Assembly (NCBI GenBank): GCA_009692425.1
Contig: SHZF01000002.1
Coordinates: 64,992-128,991 of the forward strand
Direction of reading: 5' to 3'
Source: Myxococcales bacterium
GTDB taxonomy: Bacteria; Myxococcota_A; UBA9042
Length of the DNA stretch: 64,000 nt
Shown here: positions 1 through 10,498 of the stretch, piece after piece
Numbering within the stretch: the stretch's first letter is position 1
Layout: each line of letters begins with the position of its first letter
The notes under the pieces: generated by a model
Database searches by the model: none
What the model saw: the letters and a program-made list of their open reading frames with translations, nothing else
Told to the model about the DNA's origin: nothing
Made by a program: the position numbers and the translations under genes

Positions 1-2
1 TT

Positions 3-1166
3 TTCGTCGGCGCCGGCGTGACCCCGGTGACGCCCAGCGGCGGTGGGCCGGCGTGCGGCTCGCTGGTGTGCGACTACGTCGACGACGACTTCGTGTGCAC
101 GATGAAGGTGAAGTTCCCCGAAGCGCCCCAGGAACTGCAAGACCGCGTGCTGATTCGCGGCGCGCAGTTGCCGATGACCGACGAGACGAAGGCGTGGAAC
201 GTGCCACTGGGCGGCATCTGGTCGAACGTGATGCCGATCGACATCGACGCCGACGGCAAGATGGACGTTGTGGTGGGCGACGATTTCGGTGCCCACCGAC
301 TGCTCCACAACGTCGGCGGCAAGTTCACGGAATACCTGGCGGACATCGGCTTCCACAACTACGGCCATGCGATGGGCTGGAGCGTGGGCGACTTGAACGC
401 CGACGGCCTTGCCGACCTCGTCATGGCGGATGCGGGACCGAACCCCGTGTTCGTGCGCAAGGCCAAGGCCGACGCGGGCGTGCCGTTCACGTTCGTCGAC
501 GAGGGCGGCGCGCGCGGCGTGTGGGGGCCGACGTGGACGGCCAGCACGTGGTCGCCGCTGCTGGCCGACTTCGACCACGACGGCCGCGACGACCTGATGA
601 TGGGCGTGTCGATCGCGACGACGCTGGAGCAGTTCCCGTCCGCAGCGGCTGGATGTCTCGGCACGAAACAGAAGCCCTACGACGGTCACCCGAACCCGGA
701 CCTGCTTTTCCTGTCGAACGGCAGCGGTACGACGTTCAAGCCGCACAAGTTCCCGAACGGGCCGTATTCGCACTTTGCCATGGTGACGCAGGCCGTCATC
801 GACCTCGACGACGACGGTGACCTCGACCTCGTGCAGACGCGGCCCAACGTGAACATGACGGCGGGCGTGCGGATCATGCGCAACGACGTGCCGAAGCTGG
901 GCAAGTCGTTCGTCGTCAAGGTCACCGGCAAGGGCGGCAACCTCGACGCGCTCGGCACCGTCGTCAAGGCAACCATTGGGGGCGTCGTGCGCACGCGCTG
1001 GCTCAACGGCACGGGCGGTACGGGCGGCACGCGCAGCCGCATGGCTCACTTTGGCCTCGGCGGCGCGGAGAAGGCCACCGACGTCACGATTTTGTGGCCA
1101 GACGGCAAGCTGACGAAGCTCGGCGATGTCGCTGCGGGCCAGACCCAGGGGGCGACGTGGCCGTGA
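3..1166 (+). CDS. FG-GAP repeat / ASPIC-UnbV (CRTAC1-like) protein, 5'-truncated by window edge
   Basis: Frame is open from the window start (FVGAG matches DIFVGAG in the downstream paralog). DxDxDGxxD Ca-binding repeats (DIDADGKMD, DLNADGLAD, DFDHDGRDD, DLDDDGDLD); C-terminal GNLDALG...AHFGLG...ILWPDG ASPIC/UnbV signature. Confidence 0.85.
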   Translation, partial: FVGAGVTPVTPSGGGPACGSLVCDYVDDDFVCTMKVKFPEAPQELQDRVLIRGAQLPMTDETKAWNVPLGGIWSNVMPIDIDADGKMDVVVGDDFGAHRLLHNVGGKFTEYLADIGFHNYGHAMGWSVGDLNADGLADLVMADAGPNPVFVRKAKADAGVPFTFVDEGGARGVWGPTWTASTWSPLLADFDHDGRDDLMMGVSIATTLEQFPSAAAGCLGTKQKPYDGHPNPDLLFLSNGSGTTFKPHKFPNGPYSHFAMVTQAVIDLDDDGDLDLVQTRPNVNMTAGVRIMRNDVPKLGKSFVVKVTGKGGNLDALGTVVKATIGGVVRTRWLNGTGGTGGTRSRMAHFGLGGAEKATDVTILWPDGKLTKLGDVAAGQTQGATWP

Positions 1167-3268
1167 CCCGACCCCGTTCGCTTGCAGTGGCGCTCGTCGT
1201 CGCGTGGGCCGGCGCCGCCTGCACCACGGGGCCAGTCGCCGCGCCGGCCACGGAAACTTCGGCGCGGCTGTCCGACACGGCCGGGGGCGGTTCCACGTCC
1301 GACGGTGCCCCAGATGCGGTTGCCCCACTGGATGCGCCGCTGGACCTGGCGGACAACGACACACCCGTTGCCGTTGATTTCGACGCTGGCGCACCCCGGT
1401 CGGCGGACGCACTGGGCGACACCGAGCCGTTGGCGGACACGCCACCCGACGTGCCACCCACCGACTCCGTGATTGGCGACCCCACCGACAGCCAGACCGC
1501 CGAACTCGACGCTGCCGCCGACGCGCTCACTGACGACGCGGGCGATGCGGCCCCGTTCGACGCGATCGATGGCGTTGCGCTGGAGACTGCGAGCGCGCTC
1601 GACGCCCTCGACACCGGCCCCGCAGTCGATTCCGACGCTGTCCCGCTGCCCGATGCCGCCACGGCCGCCTGGGGCAAGCCGGTCATGCCGGCCGACCTGC
1701 CGCAAGCCGCCTTTGCCGATGTCACGCTCGCTTATGGCCTGACGCCTTCGGCAAGTGTGGCGCCGTGCGTGGCCGTCGCGGACTTCGACAACAACGGCCG
1801 CGAAGACTTCCTGATCGTGAAGTACAGCGGCCCCAAGGCGATCATCCACGCGGTGCTGCTCAGCGCCGCCGCGCCGGTGCATGTCGAGAGCCCCTTCGAC
1901 ACGGCCATCATCCAGCCCAACTTCGGCTGCTCGGTGGCCGACCTGAACGGGGACGCGAAGCCCGACCTGCTGGTCGGCGGCTACTCCGGTTCGGCGTTCT
2001 ACCTCGGCGACGGCGCTGGCGGCTTCGTCGACAAGAGCACCGAGTGGATGCCGTACATCACGGATTTCGCTGCCTTCAGCATCCAGCCCGCAGACCTCGA
2101 CGGCGACGGCGATCTCGACATTTTCGTCGGTGCCGGCTTCGACCCGCCAAGTTGCACGGCCTTGGACTGCAAGTTCACCGAGACCGACCTCGTGTGTATC
2201 GTCAATCCGCCGCCTCCCAATACGCCCAAGTTGCAGGATCGTGTGCTGATTCGCGGCCCCGGCCTGCCGTACGTCGACGAGACGCCGAAGTGGAACGTGC
2301 CCGGCGGCGGCACCCAGACCGTGGCGCTGGCGCTCGATGTGGACGACGACGGCAAGGTGGACCTGCTCGTGGGCGACGACTTCGGCGGCCACCGGTTGCT
2401 GCACAACAAAGGCGGTACCTTCGCGTCGTTTGCGACGGACATCGGATTCCACGCCTATGCCGGCGCGATGGGCTGGACGATCGGGGAGTTCGATGGCGAC
2501 GGACTGTTCGACGTCGTACTCGCAGAGTCCGGGCCCACGCCGCTCTACGTGCAAAAGGCACCTCAGGACGGAAAGCCATTTCAGGTCGAGGACAACGGCG
2601 GCGAGCTGGGCTCGTGGTGGCCGATGTGGGGCGCGAGCGCATGGGCTCCGCTGGCGGCCGATTTCGATCACGACGGCCAAGACGACCTCCAGTTGGGCGC
2701 GTCGGTGAATTTCTCTCCCGAAAAGGCGGCGGATTTCAAGGCGGTGTGCGGTTCGAGCAAGACGAATCCCAGCGCCAACCCGTTCGCCGGCGAGACGAGC
2801 ATCGACGTGTTGTTGCTGCGCAAGCCCGGCAAGGGGTTCACGCCGTTCGCGATGCCGGCCGGGCAGCACCCGCATGTCGTGATGCTGGAGCAGCGCCTGA
2901 TCGATCTCGATGCCGACGGAGACCTCGACATCGTGCAATCGCGGCCCGGGCCGTCGATGATGGCCTCGCGCAGCCGCATCTTGCGCAACGATTTGGTAAA
3001 ACAAGGGAAAAGTATCCAGATCGTCGTCAAGGGCAAGGGGCTCAACCAGGACGCCCTCGGCACAACGGTGACTGCGACGATCGGGGGCAAGACGCGCACG
3101 CGCTGGCTCAACGGCGGCAGTTGGGGTGCGACGCCGGCGCGGTTTGCCCACTTCGGCCTGGGGACCGACGCCAAGGCGACTGACGTGACGGTGCGCTGGC
3201 CCGACGGCTCGAAGACGCCGATCGGCGACGTGGTGGGCGGCGAGACGAAGGCGGCGACTTGGAAGTGA
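1163..3268 (+). CDS. Lipoprotein with Asp/Ala/Pro-rich linker, FG-GAP repeats and ASPIC-UnbV domain (tandem paralog of upstream gene)
   Basis: GTG start overlaps the upstream TGA (GTGA). Signal peptide ends WAGAAC; acidic low-complexity linker; multiple DxDxDGxxD motifs; NQDALG...AHFGLG...VRWPDG. Confidence 0.85.
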   Translation: MTRPRSLAVALVVAWAGAACTTGPVAAPATETSARLSDTAGGGSTSDGAPDAVAPLDAPLDLADNDTPVAVDFDAGAPRSADALGDTEPLADTPPDVPPTDSVIGDPTDSQTAELDAAADALTDDAGDAAPFDAIDGVALETASALDALDTGPAVDSDAVPLPDAATAAWGKPVMPADLPQAAFADVTLAYGLTPSASVAPCVAVADFDNNGREDFLIVKYSGPKAIIHAVLLSAAAPVHVESPFDTAIIQPNFGCSVADLNGDAKPDLLVGGYSGSAFYLGDGAGGFVDKSTEWMPYITDFAAFSIQPADLDGDGDLDIFVGAGFDPPSCTALDCKFTETDLVCIVNPPPPNTPKLQDRVLIRGPGLPYVDETPKWNVPGGGTQTVALALDVDDDGKVDLLVGDDFGGHRLLHNKGGTFASFATDIGFHAYAGAMGWTIGEFDGDGLFDVVLAESGPTPLYVQKAPQDGKPFQVEDNGGELGSWWPMWGASAWAPLAADFDHDGQDDLQLGASVNFSPEKAADFKAVCGSSKTNPSANPFAGETSIDVLLLRKPGKGFTPFAMPAGQHPHVVMLEQRLIDLDADGDLDIVQSRPGPSMMASRSRILRNDLVKQGKSIQIVVKGKGLNQDALGTTVTATIGGKTRTRWLNGGSWGATPARFAHFGLGTDAKATDVTVRWPDGSKTPIGDVVGGETKAATWK

Positions 3269-3358
3269 TGGGTGGTGCGTCGCTGGCGATTGCCGCCCGT
3301 CGTCACCTCCGCTACACTGTTCGGTCCCCCCGCTTCCACGCCGGGTGAGGTCGCCCCC

Positions 3359-3904
3359 ATGCCAACTGTCCACCGCCTCGCCCGCGCCGACGCAGAACCT
3401 GCCGTCGGGCGCGAATGCGATGCGCCCTGTACGCGCTGCAAGCTCGAATTGGCCCACACGATCGTTGCGATGGTCGGGCTCGAAGTAAAGCGGGTGCGCT
3501 GCAAGACCTGCGGCAGCGAGCACAACTACCGCTCGTCGCGTGAAGTCGCCGCCACCAAGCCGCGCGCCGAACGCACCCCGGTGCCGCCCGAGTCGGTGAC
3601 GGAGCACTTGCAGGCCGCTGCCGACCGCGGGCCTGGCAAGGCCAAGCCGGGCAACGCCGCCCAGCGCCGCGCCGATGCGGTCACCGCGACGCGCGCCCGC
3701 ATGGCTCGCATCGCGTGGACCAAGGCGATGGGCGACCGCGATCGCAGCCGCGCCGTGCGCTACGCCGCCAGCGTGACGATCGCCCCCGGCCAACTCGTCG
3801 ATCACAAGAACTTCGGCTACGGCGTCGTCGAGTCCGTGCAAGACGGCAAGGCCCGGTTGTTGTTCGAAGACGGCTGGCGCGTGCTGGTGATCTCGCGGAT
3901 CTAA
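3359..3904 (+). CDS. Hypothetical protein with N-terminal 4-Cys Zn ribbon and C-terminal Tudor/SH3-like domain
   Basis: ATG preceded by GTGAGG; CTRC...CKTC; C-terminal VDHKNFGYGVVESV...LLFEDG. Paralog at 38217-38840. Confidence 0.7.
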   Translation: MPTVHRLARADAEPAVGRECDAPCTRCKLELAHTIVAMVGLEVKRVRCKTCGSEHNYRSSREVAATKPRAERTPVPPESVTEHLQAAADRGPGKAKPGNAAQRRADAVTATRARMARIAWTKAMGDRDRSRAVRYAASVTIAPGQLVDHKNFGYGVVESVQDGKARLLFEDGWRVLVISRI

Positions 3905-3910
3905 GGGCCC

Positions 3911-6130
3911 GTGCAAGAATTACCGAATCGACTGCCTTTCTGCGAGTTGGATCGTGAAAGTTATTCGGCACGGTCCCTTGTCGCTGGTTGGGTCGCCAAG
4001 TTCGCGGCTGAATCCAACTCATCGCGACGTGAAGGCGATCGACTTACTCTTGCACGCATCCTGATCGCGTTGCGTCCGGTGTCGCCGCGCGCCCGAGTCG
4101 GTGGCCTTGCCGTCGTTGCTGGCCTGCTGTCGGTCGCGTGGTTGTGGCTTCCGAACCGCGCGCCGGCAGAGCGCCTGCCCAGCCTGCGTGACGCCCCATT
4201 TGCAGCATGGGTGGCCGCGCTCCCTGCGGGCGGCGCCGCGTCGAGCCGTGGCGCGCCCCTTGTCCTGGGGCCAGTTGAAGCCGGCGTGCGCATTCAAGCC
4301 GGGGCCTGCCGATTCGAGGTACTGGCGGCCGAACGCGCCCCGTCCGATGCGCTGCGCAGTCGCAATTTCGCCATCACCGCCGACCCGACACGGCGTGTGG
4401 ACGCCGTGTGCGATCCGGTGCGCCGTGCTCTGGTGGCCGGGCTCCAAGCCTGGGACGTCGCGCTGCCAGGCATCCGCGCCGGTGGCGAAGTGCCGGCGCG
4501 ATCGGCCCTCGATGCGGCGCTGGTCACCCTTGCCGCCTTTCTCGACGGGGTTGTCGCTGTCTGCGGCGTGGCCCTCGTGTTCGGGTTGGGCGCCCCGCTC
4601 CGGACCCTGTTCGTCGTCGTCGCAGCGCTCGCGTTTGCCGCGCGGGCCGCGTGGCCTCACGCCCTGACGGCCGTGGGGTTCGGCTACGAATGGTTCGCCG
4701 ACGCGGCGTTCCTGCACAGCGTGCCGCGCTACGGTCCGGGCGCGCCGGCGCTGTGGGGCAAGTTGCTGGGCCCGCTGACCCATGACCACGGCGCCGTGCT
4801 GTGGTTGCACGCCGCGCTGGGGTCGATCGCGTGCGGCATCTGGGCGGCGTTCGTTGCGACGGCGCGCGGCTCGCTGCGGGCGGGCTGGCTCGCCGGCGGC
4901 GCGCTCGCCTTGACGCCCCTGTTCTTGCGCGAGCACACCAGCGAATCGATGCACACGGCGGTTGTCCTGGGCCTCGGCCTGGCGGCTCTGGCGCTGGCGC
5001 AGCCCAGACCTGCGCGCGGCGTTGCGGCGGCGGCGTTCGTCTGGGCCGTCGGCTGGCGCGTCGATGTGGGACCTGCCGCGGTCCTCACCCTGTCGGCTCT
5101 GCACTGGGCCCGGCGCGAGCACCGCCCGGGGTCCGAAGCGGCGCTGCCCGGTCGTCCTGGGTCGCCCGCACGGTGGCTGCTGCCGGCGCTGGCGGCGGGT
5201 GCCGGGTTGGTCGCGCTGGCCGTCTTCGCGCAAGGCCGCCTTGCCGCTGACCTCCACCAAGGTAACCTCCCGCAACTGCAAAGCTATCTCTCAGGACTTG
5301 GCTCGCGCCTGGCGGGCGAGGCGTTGCCGTGGCGGGCTGACTGGTTTCCCGTCGGGGTGTGGCTCGCCGTGCTGCTCGCGATCGCGCAAGTGCCCGGTCG
5401 CGCGCCGTGGCGCTGGCTGGCCGTCGCCGCAAGCGGGCTGCCGTGGCTGCTGCTGTCGTGGCTGGACTTCAACGAAACGTCGCTGCCCCGGCTGCAGGCG
5501 CCGGCGGCGTGGCTGGCGGTCGTCGCGGCGGCGGGCCTGGCGGATCTCGCGCTGGAGAACGTGTCGCGCCCGCGTGTCGCCGCGACGGTGCTGGTCTTCG
5601 GCTTTGCGTCGAGCGCCGTTCTGACCTTGCCGCAAGTCCTGCGCCGCACGAACAGCCACCTCGAAGACGACCTGCTGCGCGAGGCGATCGCCGCCCTGCC
5701 GAACGAGCGTCCGTTCGTACTCGCGACACGCACCTACGCCGAAGGCCCGGCGATCGGCCTGCACCTGCACCAGCCGACGTACGCGCTGCAGCCGCCGGCA
5801 CTGCCGGGCACCGTCGTCACCGCGACCGCCATGCTCGAGGCCCTGCGTGCGGGAACGCTCCCGCACGGCGAGTTGTGGTTCCTGCGCAGTCTGCGTTGCT
5901 ACCTCGGTCCCGTCGGCTCGCCCGCCGCGGGCCGGGAGCATCCGGCGTGTGCGGCGCTGGCGGCATGGCCGGGAGCGGTGGCCGCGTTCGAGCGTGACGT
6001 GCCGAATCGGGGGGAGTCGCCGACGTTCGACGGCTACGGCAAGGCCCGCACGCTGCGCGTCGGCCTGTACCGCTTGCCGGAGACGCTCAATCGAACAGGA
6101 TCAGCCGCGGCAGTTTTGGCGCCGCCTTGA
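3911..6130 (+). CDS. Multi-pass membrane protein, possibly GT-C-like; start codon uncertain
   Basis: About 10 or more hydrophobic segments followed by a soluble C-terminal domain; no diagnostic motif recognised. Confidence 0.55.
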   Translation: MQELPNRLPFCELDRESYSARSLVAGWVAKFAAESNSSRREGDRLTLARILIALRPVSPRARVGGLAVVAGLLSVAWLWLPNRAPAERLPSLRDAPFAAWVAALPAGGAASSRGAPLVLGPVEAGVRIQAGACRFEVLAAERAPSDALRSRNFAITADPTRRVDAVCDPVRRALVAGLQAWDVALPGIRAGGEVPARSALDAALVTLAAFLDGVVAVCGVALVFGLGAPLRTLFVVVAALAFAARAAWPHALTAVGFGYEWFADAAFLHSVPRYGPGAPALWGKLLGPLTHDHGAVLWLHAALGSIACGIWAAFVATARGSLRAGWLAGGALALTPLFLREHTSESMHTAVVLGLGLAALALAQPRPARGVAAAAFVWAVGWRVDVGPAAVLTLSALHWARREHRPGSEAALPGRPGSPARWLLPALAAGAGLVALAVFAQGRLAADLHQGNLPQLQSYLSGLGSRLAGEALPWRADWFPVGVWLAVLLAIAQVPGRAPWRWLAVAASGLPWLLLSWLDFNETSLPRLQAPAAWLAVVAAAGLADLALENVSRPRVAATVLVFGFASSAVLTLPQVLRRTNSHLEDDLLREAIAALPNERPFVLATRTYAEGPAIGLHLHQPTYALQPPALPGTVVTATAMLEALRAGTLPHGELWFLRSLRCYLGPVGSPAAGREHPACAALAAWPGAVAAFERDVPNRGESPTFDGYGKARTLRVGLYRLPETLNRTGSAAAVLAPP

Positions 6131-8288
6131 CCGCGACCTCGAACTTGCGCAGTTCCTCGTCGAACATCGCCTGCACCCGCGTCTTGCGTTCGTCTTCGTC
6201 GAGCAGGATCGCATCGCGCAGCAGGTCCTTCTCCTGGCGGTCGCGCCCCTCGTCGAATTGCTGGCGCAGCGCGAACTGTTGGCCCAGTCGCTCTTCGCGG
6301 ATTCGCACGAAGACGGCGCGCACGCTGTAGCCGACCTCGCCGGTGCCGAACAGGATGTACATGAACGCGTTGACGACCGGCGTGCCCGAGTCGAGCAGTC
6401 CGATCACCACCTCGTCGACGGCCAACTCGAGCGCGACGTAGGCGATGGCGTTGGCGACAGCGACCGCGTTGGAAATCTCAACGATCGAATCCTGGCCGTC
6501 GTCGACCACCTTCACCTCGACCGGCGAGCTGAAATGCGACGGATCGTGGGTCAAGTTGACATGCAGAAACACGAATTTGACGTTCTTGCCCGTGTGGTGG
6601 TGGATGCGCCGCGCCTCACACTTCCTGCGCGCCTCGGGCGTCGGACTGCGCAGCGGAATGAGGACGACATAGTCGGCCTTCTTCAACTCGTTCCAACTGC
6701 GCTCGGAGCCACGGCTGTCGAATTCGATGCCGGCGACGCGCAATTCCGAGGCGCGCCGCCAGCGGCTCCACACACTCGCCACGACGACGGTGAGGATGAA
6801 CAGCGCGGCGATCTTGAAGCCATCCGGGCGCTCCGCTGAGTTCACGACCAGCACGTACACGAACACGACGAGGATGATGCGAAAGGCCCACGTCAGCAGT
6901 GCGGACGCCTTTTCGGCGAGCAGCACGGCGAACGTGTCCATCGTCATCAGCACGAGCACGCCGGTCGCATAGGCGCCGCCCTGGGCCTCGACGTCGGCCT
7001 CGAACCGCCAGTTCACCAGCAGGCAGATGCCGGTGAGCACGAGCACGAGCGGGCGGCGATACTCGATCCACCTCGGGCTCATGCCGAAGCGCGGCAGGTA
7101 GCGCGGCAGGATGTTGAGCAGGCCCGCCATCGCGCTGGCGCCGGCGAACCACAGGATGAGCAGCGTGTTGATGTCGTAGACCGTGCCGAACACGGGTCCG
7201 AGCAGCGTGTGGGCCAGGTACGACAACGCGCGCCCCGCGGCCAGGCCACCGGGAGCGAATTCCTTCAGCGGAACGAGCGTGGCCGTGACGATCGAACTGC
7301 CGACGAGGCCGAGGCTCATGATGATCGCGGCGGCGACCAGCATCTTGCGGGTGTTGCTCACACGCTCGGCGTCGTTGGCCGCCTTGACGTGCATCATGAC
7401 CGATACGCCGGTCTCAAAGCCCGACAGGCCGAGCGCGAGTTTGGGGAACACGAGCAGGCTGACCGCGGCCAGCATCCACGGTCCGCCACCGCCGAGGCCC
7501 CCCAGCGGACCGTGCTGCCCGCCCGGCTCGATCTGGTGGAGTTCGCTCAGCAGGTGCGCCGTGTCGAAGGCCTGGATCTTGGCCCACCACGCCGCGACCA
7601 GTTCGGGGTGCGCCTGCAGTTCGCGCAGGCCCGTGCCGATGATCACGGCGTTCAGCGCCATGTAGGGCACCGCGATGGCGATGGCGATGCCGATCGCTTC
7701 CTTGAACCCTTTGAGGAACACGGCTCCCAGAGCCAGGATCAGCACGGCCGTCAGCGTGACCGGGCCGAATGGCAGGTGCCCGGCAAAAATCGGGTTCGCC
7801 AGCACGTGGTGCGTCGCGTCGGCCGACGACAACGTGATCGTGATCACGAAATCGGTCATCGCGAACCCGAGCAGCACCAGCACGAGCGTCTTGCCGAGCC
7901 AGCCGAGCCGGCCCCAGCCGGTGGTCAGGCGCTCCGTCATCTTGAGCGAGCCCTCGCCGTGCGGCACGTGCTTGGCGACCATCGCGTAGACGGGCACGGC
8001 GGCGAAGAACGTGACGGCCACGAGGATCAGCGTCGCGATCGGGGCCACCGAGCCCGCCGCCATCACCGCGAGGCCCGGCGCATAGCCGAGTGAGCTGAAG
8101 TAGTCGACACCCGTCAGCCACAGGGTCGCGTACCACGGGGCGGCGTGCGGTGCAGCGGTCGCCGGGGGCTTGGCGCGCTTGTGCCCCGCGTCTAGGGTCG
8201 CCTCTCCTCCGGCAGGCGCAGGCCCAGCGGGCTGGCCGTCGCGCATCCAGTCGTGGATGCGCGCTCCAAAGGCAAGGGGCAGGGCCAT
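6087..8288 (-). CDS. APC-superfamily transporter, KimA/YdaO-like (probable K+ importer) with cytoplasmic C-terminal domain
   Basis: About 12 TM segments. DYFSSLGY resembles KimA DALSSVAY, TDFVITITLS resembles DYILTVAVS, LSGFET resembles LTGVEA, AYATGV resembles LYAVGV (KimA motifs recalled from memory). Confidence 0.75.
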   Translation of the reverse strand: MALPLAFGARIHDWMRDGQPAGPAPAGGEATLDAGHKRAKPPATAAPHAAPWYATLWLTGVDYFSSLGYAPGLAVMAAGSVAPIATLILVAVTFFAAVPVYAMVAKHVPHGEGSLKMTERLTTGWGRLGWLGKTLVLVLLGFAMTDFVITITLSSADATHHVLANPIFAGHLPFGPVTLTAVLILALGAVFLKGFKEAIGIAIAIAVPYMALNAVIIGTGLRELQAHPELVAAWWAKIQAFDTAHLLSELHQIEPGGQHGPLGGLGGGGPWMLAAVSLLVFPKLALGLSGFETGVSVMMHVKAANDAERVSNTRKMLVAAAIIMSLGLVGSSIVTATLVPLKEFAPGGLAAGRALSYLAHTLLGPVFGTVYDINTLLILWFAGASAMAGLLNILPRYLPRFGMSPRWIEYRRPLVLVLTGICLLVNWRFEADVEAQGGAYATGVLVLMTMDTFAVLLAEKASALLTWAFRIILVVFVYVLVVNSAERPDGFKIAALFILTVVVASVWSRWRRASELRVAGIEFDSRGSERSWNELKKADYVVLIPLRSPTPEARRKCEARRIHHHTGKNVKFVFLHVNLTHDPSHFSSPVEVKVVDDGQDSIVEISNAVAVANAIAYVALELAVDEVVIGLLDSGTPVVNAFMYILFGTGEVGYSVRAVFVRIREERLGQQFALRQQFDEGRDRQEKDLLRDAILLDEDERKTRVQAMFDEELRKFEVAVKAAPKLPRLILFD

Positions 8289-8291
8289 CGC

Positions 8292-8579
8292 CTAGTCCGC
8301 AGCGAAACCGGCGGTGGCCGCGTCGGGGCGGGCTGCGCTGGCGGCGACTTGGCGCTCGAAGCCCGCCTGCTGCTCACGGAACAAGGCTTCGGCGCGGGCG
8401 CGCCGTTCGGCCGGGTCGAGGTGGACGGCCGCGCGCAGTAACGCTTGCTCGCGCTGGCGGCGTTCCGCGGAAAACCTACGCAGGCTGATGCGCTGGCAGT
8501 CGAGCAGGCCGTCGTGATGGCCCGAGAGCCAGCCCGTGACCGCCCGGAGCGCGCGCCCCGCACGAGAATCGAAGGACAT
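8292..8579 (-). CDS. Small helical protein (95 aa) homologous to the C-terminal tail of the downstream transporter
   Basis: ATG with GGAGG about 12 nt upstream; stop codon 3 nt before the transporter ATG; 19 of 45 ungapped identities to the transporter tail by manual alignment. Confidence 0.7.
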   Translation of the reverse strand: MSFDSRAGRALRAVTGWLSGHHDGLLDCQRISLRRFSAERRQREQALLRAAVHLDPAERRARAEALFREQQAGFERQVAASAARPDAATAGFAAD

Positions 8580-8599
8580 GGTGGGAACGAACCTCCACG

Positions 8600-8760
8600 G
8601 TTTGCCGGTGGGCGCGCGCTTGCGGCCCAGGCGCGGTGAACGGCACCGAGCCCCTTGCTGTGGCCCTGCCTCGGTGATCGACACCGAGCGATGTGGCCCC
8701 GGCTCCCCGCTCCCTGGACGGGATTGGGCGGCTCCGGCCCCTGCGACGGGGTCGAAGCGG
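8600..8760 (-). promoter_or_regulatory. c-di-AMP (ydaO/yuaA) riboswitch-like structured leader, degenerate or variant
   Basis: Minus strand reads CGCCCAAUCCC-GUCCA-GGGAGCGGGGAGCC GGGGCCACAUC, then hairpin CUCGGUG/CACCGAG, GCAGGG ... CCGCAAGCG. This parallels the order of ydaO motifs, and the element lies upstream of a KimA-like gene. Confidence 0.4.
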
Positions 8761-8765
8761 CACGG

Positions 8766-8771
8766 ATTCTA
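8766..8771 (-). promoter_or_regulatory. Putative -10 element (TAGAAT) for the small ORF-transporter operon
   Basis: TANNNT hexamer immediately 5' of the structured leader. Confidence 0.35.
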
Positions 8772-8896
8772 CGCCGGTCCGGTCCCGGCGCAATGGGCAT
8801 TGCGAGGGGCAGGGTTGCAGGACCTCTGCCCAGCCGCCGCCCGCTCGCGTATACTGCCGCCCCCGCCGGCCCGGCGCCTGACCACGTGCCCTCACC

Positions 8897-10489
<1,593 letters not shown>

Positions 10490-10498
10490 TTTACAGTT

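Noticed and set aside
1046-3916. Long antisense or alternate-frame ORFs (e.g. 1046-3916, 8192-10465, 29834-32008, 46794-49118, 59466-61811)
   Set aside because: These are Arg/Ala-rich shadows expected at high GC; each overlaps a recognisable gene.
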